Shown: positions 56,781 through 64,000 of the stretch, piece after piece
How positions within the stretch are numbered: the first letter of the stretch is position 1
How the letters are laid out: each line of letters opens with the position of its first letter
Assembly (NCBI RefSeq): GCF_009914755.1
Contig: NC_060947.1
Length of the DNA: 64,000 nucleotides
Source: the human T2T-CHM13v2.0 reference genome, Homo sapiens
Direction: 5' to 3' (one strand)
Notes under the pieces: model-generated
What the model saw: the letters and a program-made list of their open reading frames with translations, nothing else
What the model was told of the DNA's origin: nothing
The model's database searches: none
Position numbers and translations under genes: made by a program

Positions 56781-56785
56781 ATCCC

Positions 56786-57260
56786 CTCCTACTTTCCTCC
56801 GTTCTCACTGTGCCCAAAACACAGTGTTCTCTTTGCTCTTTTTTGAATGTGCCAAGTAAGCTTCTAATTTGGATACTTACTTTGCATTTATGTTCCTTCT
56901 GCTCACAGCACACTCTTCCAGACACATTCAACATTCACTTCCTTGCTTCCTACAGGTCTCTGCTTAGATGCAATTTCATCAGAAAGGCCTTCCATGCCTA
57001 GTCTATCTGGATTAACACGCTAGTCACTCTCTATTTCTCTACCATGCTTAATTTTTTTATGCACTATCACTACCCGATGTTACATTTTACATCAATTTGC
57101 TACTATTTCCCTCCACTGGAATGTAAGATCTATGAAGTCAGGAACTTTGTCTTGTTCATAACTATATCCTTAACTCCTAGAGCTGTATCTGGCACATAAT
57201 AGACACTCAATAGATATTTGCTGCTGGTTGATTGAGTGAATGCATGAATGGGTGAATCTG
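56786..57260 (+). mobile_element. L2 (right part, 3' end)
   Basis: aggtctctgcttagatgc...ctggaatgtaagatctatgaagtcagg...tggcacataatagacactcaata...tgaatg. Confidence 0.78.
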
Positions 57261-58329
57261 TGTTTCCACCTCCTAGGCTCTGAGTATATGGGGAAAGCCA
57301 GAGGGAGTTCCCAGGCTATGACAACGCATATTGAGCAGATGGCTGAGCAGAATTGGTGTGCAAGGTCTAAGCTCAGATCTCCATTAATTAATTGAAAATC
57401 CATTAATAATCATTATGCCCACATGGATTTTTCTTCAATGGTCATAGAATGGATCCTCAGCCTTCTTAAAGCCTGTTGATAGTACATAATCTGATAGGTA
57501 TTTGAAGGCTTTATGTAGAGTTTTGGAGTGGAGAGATTTCTGAGCTCAGCTCTGACAACATAGCAGATGGCCATGCACATTTGGTATCTGATAGTAATAC
57601 CACATTTGCATAAGTGCTGCATTTTCAAAGAATTTTTTTTTTTCGCTTTACAAAAGACTAGACTAGAAATGGTATATTATGGATTTCCCACTAGCCACTG
57701 AATGTGAATCCAGTTGGGTAATAGGTTAGGTGGCTCTATATTCTTCAGGTTTCTCCAGTAAAGCTTTGGGAAGTTGCCATGTGGGTCCAGGTGAATCTAG
57801 AACTAGCAAAGAGCTTCCCCAAACTGGCTATGCCCACTTGTCATCACTAGAGAGTGACAGAATTAGCCCTCATTGCTACTTTTTCTGCCTTTTTTCCACT
57901 CTATTCAACCTGACCCCCCTGGACAACTCACTTCATAAAACAATTCTGTCTTGAGCATTGCTGTTTCTATATATGTGCTTCTGGAATAGTCCCTGAAAAG
58001 AAAACTCTGTACTGTCTTCCCTGCCTGTTTGAATTCCATCTGCCATTAAGGGCCAGATCAAGTACTCTCCTTCCAGAAAGGTCTTATCTAACCATCCTAG
58101 ATCAAACTGATAGCCTCTGTGAACTCCAGCAGGCCCTGCCCATGCCATCAACCAAGCCCTTCAGTAGCTTTATCCTTGGGCATCATATTGGTTAGGAACA
58201 CAGGCTCTTGTCAAGACATACCTGGACTTCAATCTTGGCTCTGCCATTTCCTAGCTGCATGACCTTGGACAACTGACTTCACCTCCCAAACGATCTCACC
58301 TTAGTTGTGAAACTAAAATAGTCCTAGTA

Positions 58330-61300
58330 TTAAAATGACTCCAGATCCAATTCAAAGGTTTTAAAAAGCTATGAAATTATCAAGCTAATTCACAAGTAAA
58401 ATAACTGACAAAACAAGTTCCCCATTGAAAGAGGACAATAAAATGTGGACACTAGACAACTTTCACAGTGTCCATCAGCCAATCAAAAATTAACCGGCCT
58501 ACAAAGAATCTGAAAAATGTAATGCCAACCGGGGGAAAATTAGTAAAAAAAAAAAATCAGATTCAGAAATAACATTGATGGAATTAACATATAAAGTGTG
58601 TTATGCCATTCTTGTATTGCTATATAGAAATAGCAGGCTGTGTAGTTTATTAAAAAAAAGAGGTTTAATTGACTTATGGTTCTTCAGGCTATACAAGCAT
58701 GGTATCGGCATCTGCTTTCTTCTGGGGAGGCCGCTGGGAGATTTTACTCATGATAGAAGGTAAAGCAAGAGCAGACACCTCACATGGCCAGAGCAGGAGC
58801 AAAAGAGAGGGTGTGGGGAGGTGCCACACACTTTTAAACAGCCATATCTTGCAAGAACTCACTCATTATCACAAGGACAGCACTAGGCCATAAGGTATGT
58901 TCCCCCATGGCCCAAACACCTCTTACCAGGCCCCATATCCAACACTGGGGATTACATGTCAACATAAGACTTCGGTCGGACAAACATCCAAACCATATCA
59001 CAAAGATGACAGCTATTACAAATACGTTAAATAATTTAAATAAAACATATATATAATGAGGAGAAATGGAATCTATAAAAAAGGACTACATTGAACTTCT
59101 AGAGCTGAAAAATGCAATAGCTATAATTAAACATTCACTGGATAGTCTTAAGAACATATTAAACCCTATAGAAGAAAAGATCATTGAACTTGAACACTTA
59201 GTAGTAGAAACTATACAAATTGAAGCACAGAAAGAAGATGAACAGAACTTTAATGATCTGCGGGACAATATCAAGAGATGAAGCAGATGTATAATCATAG
59301 TTCCAGAAATGGTGAGAGTCCAGGAAAATATTTGAAGTAATAATAGCCAAATACTTTCCAAATTTGTTGTAGAGAATAAACCTACAGATACGAGTTAAAC
59401 CTACACAGGCCAAAAAGTAAAAGACATGAAATAAACCACAACAAAGTACATAATAATCAAATTGCTGAAAAGCAGTAATAAAGAGAAATTATTAAAAGCA
59501 GTTAGAGGGAAAAAAGTCACATTACATATTGGAGAAGCAAAATGAAACACTGCATACAGGAAAAGAAAGATAAACACTGATTCTGCATCAAAAACAATGT
59601 TGAAGGAAAAAACACCTATCAATCTAGACAGTTTTTTCAGACAAACACAAGCTGAGAGAATTAATCACTGAAAGTCCTGCAATATAAGAAATTGTACTCA
59701 GGTTGAAGGAACTTCGTACCTATTAGAACTCTATCTATACAGGAAAATAAAGAGTGCTGGAAAATATTAAATGTTTTCTCATTATTAAAAAATGAATAAA
59801 AATAGTTGTTTAAAGAAGTAAAAACAGCAATATATTGTGAAATGGAAAATATGTATACAAGTAAAATGTATGAAAAGAATAACAAAATGTCTTAGGGGAA
59901 ACGTTGTAAGGTTCTTACTTTATACATTAAATTATGTAATATTATTTGAAGTAGACTAGGATAACTTAAAAGTACATATTGTAAAACCTAGAGAAACAAT
60001 TTAAAAAGTAACAACTAAAACTAATAAACCAATATGGAAGAAAAATATATCCTAAAACAGAACAAAAACAAAAACTATAAGCAACAACAAAAACAAAACT
60101 CTCAATCCAAAAGAAAACAGGAAAAGAAGAAAAAATGGAAAAAAAATAAACGGAGCATATATTAAAAAAACTGATATGGTAAATTTAAACCCACTCATAT
60201 GAATAGTTGGATCAAATGTAAATAGTCTAAACACACCAATTAAGAGGGCGAGTTTGTCAAATTAATTTAAAAAAAAGGCAGACTCAACCATATGCTCTGT
60301 ATAAGAGACACACTTTTAATACATCAACATAGATTAAAAGTAAAATGATTGAAAAAGTTATACCATGCAAGTAGTAATCATAAAAAGTTTGAGAGCTATA
60401 TTAATACCAAAGTGTACTTCAAAACAAGGAATACTTGCCAGTGATAAGGAGGGACATGATATAATGATAAAAGGGTTGATTTATCAGGAAGACAAAAACA
60501 ATCATAAATATTTATCTAATTATATAGAAAACTACACAGAACTGAAACAAGAATTTGACACAAGTACAATCTTACTTGGAGAAGTCCACATTTTTCTCTC
60601 AGTAACTGGTTAAACAAGTAGAAAGAAATCAGCGATGATGCAGAAAACTTAAACACCATCAAACAATTTAACTTTACTGACATTTAAATGCCACAACATC
60701 CATTAGCAGCAACTTGCACATTTCTTTCAAGTACACGTGGAAGCATCGATAGATCATATTCTGGGTCATGAATCAAGTCTAACTAACTTTAAAAATATTT
60801 AAACAGTACAGAGTATGTTTTCTGTCCACCAAAAAACAAACTACAAAGTAATTAAAATGTTATTTGAGAAATACTAAGTTATTTGTAAACAAACATCACA
60901 CTTCCATAAAACCACAGGTCAAAGAAGAAATCACAAGGGAAACTGAAAAATGTTTGAACTGAATGAAAACAAAAAGCACAGCATATTATTATTTGTGCGA
61001 TGTAGTTAAAGCAGTGCCTAGAAAGACATTTATAGCATTGAATGGATACATTAGAAAATAAAGTTTCAAAATCTGGGCTTCCATGGTAAGAAGCTAAAAA
61101 AGAATGTGTTAAATCCAAAGTAAGTAAAAAAAGGAAATAAGATAGACAAAGAGGAAGGCAAAGAACTTTCAAAAAACAGACAATTAATGGAGAAATACTA
61201 AAACCAAAAGTTGTTTCTAGTCAAAGTGATCAAGAAAAAAAAAGAGACCACAAATTCTCAGTTTCAGGAATAAGTGCAGACTCATTAGATATCCTATAGA

Positions 61301-61680
61301 TTTCAAAAGGAAAATAACAGTATATTATGAACAAATATACACCAATAATTTTAACAACTTAGGTGAAATGGAAAAACTCTCTAAGAGATGCAAATTATAA
61401 AATCTGACTAAAGAAATATAGAATCTAAGTATCACTATCTCCATTAAAAGAATTGAATTTGTAGGTTAACCCCTTCCAACAAAGAAATGATAGCCCTCTT
61501 TTCTTCACTGATGAATTATGCCAAACATGTAAGCAAGAAATAATATCAATCACACAACTTATTTCAGAAAATAAAGAACAAGGAAACACCTCCAAAATCA
61601 TTTTATGAGGCCAGCATTACCCTGATTTTTTTTAAAAAAGACGTTCTAAGACTAGGAAACTACAGACCACTATCTGTTCT
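58330..61680 (+). mobile_element. Ancient L1M: ORF1 and ORF2 5' half, degraded
   Basis: Coiled-coil ORF1-like 59066-59281 (ELLELKNAI...IEEKIIELE); endonuclease-like aaatgtaaatagtctaaacacaccaattaag and DKEGHDIMIKGLIYQED; tcattttatgaggccagcattaccctga. Confidence 0.82.
58597..59000 (-). mobile_element. MSTB-like MaLR solo LTR
   Basis: Ends caaacatccaaaccatatca; TSD taaag/caaag. Confidence 0.85.
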
Positions 61681-62035
61681 CTATAAGTAGCATCATCCCT
61701 CCTCTTAAGGAGCTCCAATATGTGGGTGGGTGGAGTGCTTAAAAATGCACCAAAGTGTGTATATCATAAAGTAGAGCATAACTGGCATTGTAGAAAGCTC
61801 CTTGAGCAAGGTTATGTTGTTTGATGGTGTTCAAGTTTTCTATAGCCTCACTGATTTCAAGTGGGCACACAGAGGAAGCAGCTAAGAAATCTTCTAACCA
61901 AGTATCTGGGGAATTGGGCAATTATTTGCATCCATATCTGAGCTTCCTTATTATACTCTAAGCTTCTCAAAAATTGGGAAATATCTCATTCATCTCTACC
62001 TATGTATGGTTCTCTAATAAATTAATACTTTAAAG

Positions 62036-62259
62036 GAGGGATTAGCAAAGGTTTTCTGTAAATGGCCAGAAATTAATTCTTTTAGGCTTTGCTGACCACA
62101 TTATCTATATTGCAGTTACTCAACTCTGCTATTGCAGAGCAAAATTAGTTATAAATGATAAGGAAATGAATACATCTAGGTATGCCCCAATAAAATTTTA
62201 TTTACAAAGACAACTGGAGGGCCAGATTTGGCCCACAGCCTATAGTTTACCAACTACTG
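62036..62259 (+). mobile_element. MER58A
   Basis: agcaaaggttttctgtaaatggccaga...caataaaattttatttacaaa...gggccagatttggcccacagcc. Confidence 0.8.
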
Positions 62260-62579
62260 ATTTAGGATATGCTACAGAATATGCCCAAAACTGATCCTGT
62301 GTGGTGAAGCTAGCAGTATAAGTCAGAATAGTATCTCCCAATTATTGATGTTATTAGTGTTCATTCTAGTACTGTAATAGTAAAATGTTGGAAATAGCCC
62401 ATATATTAAAAAATAGAGTAGTAATTGACTAAATTTTGTTGTAGAAATACAATGGGATGCTTTGCACTCATTCAAAATGGTAAAGATTTACAGCATTTGA
62501 CATGAAAAGATATTCTGTACACATAAGGTAGAAAAGCAGAATATAAAAGTCTTGCTTGCATTATTGTCCTAGGCTCCTA

Positions 62580-63130
62580 GACTCCTTACTCCAAAGGATT
62601 TACATCACTCAGCAGTTAGAGTAATATTTTAAAAATTCAAATAAAAATGTCTCATACTCCTTTTTCAAATCCTTCAGTGGCTTTCCAGCATATTTGCTTA
62701 CAAAGCTTTACGTGATCTGGTCTTTGTCTATCTCTGATCTCATCTCTTACTACTTTTCCTGCTTACCCCCTGTATTCTAGCTAGCACCAACTCTTTATGC
62801 TCTGGATGCCTTCTCCACCTCAAGAGTTTTGTGTTTGCCATTTTCTCTGCCTGGGATGTCCCAATTCTCATCCTTCAGATCTCAGTTGAAAAGGCATCTT
62901 CTTATGGGCACCTTCCCAACCCACTATTTGTTAAGTTGGCCTTTTGCAATTACTTATTTCCTTTGGATTTTTTTATTAAGTCTTTAATTATTCTGCTTAT
63001 TAGTTTTTTATTGTCTTTCTTTCCAACAGGTATGTAAGCTCCAAGAGAACAGGTGTTTTTTCTTAACAGTACAGGCACATTTTAGCCTCTGAGTACACAT
63101 TTCTTGAAATAATAAATGAATGAATGAAAC
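62580..63130 (+). mobile_element. L2 3' part
   Basis: ccttcagtggctttcc...tctctgcctgggatg...atgtaagctccaagagaacagg...aatgaatgaatg. Confidence 0.7.
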
Positions 63131-63604
63131 ACATTCATAGTAGAAAGCAGAGCACTAACAAAAGCATGGGGTTGCAAAGTGCTAGAACATGGAAATAACC
63201 CCTAGGCTTTTTGTCTTCTCCCTTTTTCTTTCTTTCTCTGACATATATGGACACACACACATACACACACACAAACACACATACATACACATGGTTTGTA
63301 GTCAAATAAAATGTTGGTTAAAGCCTCAGTAAACTTGTACTTAATTTTTCCGTACTTAAAATTTCTTTACATGTAGGCTTCATTTAACTGTACTGCCTGC
63401 TCTCAAAAGATATTCAGATTTCTTAATAGAGAGTGAGCCATCTTTTATTGTTTGGTTTGTTTTTCCTTTTCACGGTAGGTAGCAGTTATTTCCTGATGGG
63501 AAACAGTAAGAACACATGTTTTCATTAAATTTTCAAAGCTTTTTTTACCCTTAATGAGAAAGAATCTCTTAACTGGAAGTATAGCTTGTGATCTTTCAAA
63601 TGGC

Positions 63605-63855
63605 TATTGCATTCCTTTTGCATATATATGCAAATATATATGCATATATAATATATATACATATATATTATATATCCACCAGTAGTGTGATTGCCAAATC
63701 ATATAGTAGTTCTATTTTTAATTTTTTAAGGACTCTCCATACTGTTTTCCATAACAGCTGTACTAATTTAAATTTCCACTAACCATATACAAGGATTCAC
63801 TTTTCTCGACAGTCTCATCAATATTTGTTATCTTTTATATTTCTGATAATAGTTA
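63605..63855 (-). mobile_element. L1 (L1MA/L1PB) ORF2 3' fragment
   Basis: atcatatagtagttctatttttaattttttaaggactctccatactgttttccata. Confidence 0.75.
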
Positions 63856-64000
63856 TGATATGGTTTGGCTATGTCTTCACCCAAATCTCATCTTGAGTTA
63901 TAGCTCACATAATTCCCACATGTCATGGAAGGGACCCAGTAGGAGGTAATTGAATCATGGGTGTGAGTCTTCCCCATGCTGTTTTTGTGATCGTGAATAA
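63856..64000 (+). mobile_element. THE1 LTR, cut by the window edge
   Basis: tgatatggtttggctatgtc...caaatctcatcttgag; same family as 14221-14580. Confidence 0.85.

Overview
Primate (most likely human) non-coding genomic DNA made almost entirely of transposable elements. No host protein-coding exon or RNA gene can be supported from the sequence. It contains a full-length but inactivated L1PA6-like LINE-1 (17184-23338), several truncated or rearranged L1s, three Alus, MaLR/ERVL/ERV1 solo LTRs, DNA-transposon fossils (MER58A, MER20-like, MER5, MADE2, Tigger7) and many MIR/L2 remnants. The outstanding structure is an 11.7-kb HERV-H composite at 45106-56780. Two different env-deleted HERV-H genomes lie tail-to-tail as a near-palindrome (about 5.5-kb arms, about 167-bp spacer) with five LTR7 pieces. 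The whole block ends in a U3 terminus at both sides, yet is flanked by one perfect 5-bp target-site duplication (ATCCC) inside an L2 element. Repeat subfamily names come from recalled consensus sequences and need RepeatMasker/Dfam confirmation. Boundaries of ancient repeats are approximate.
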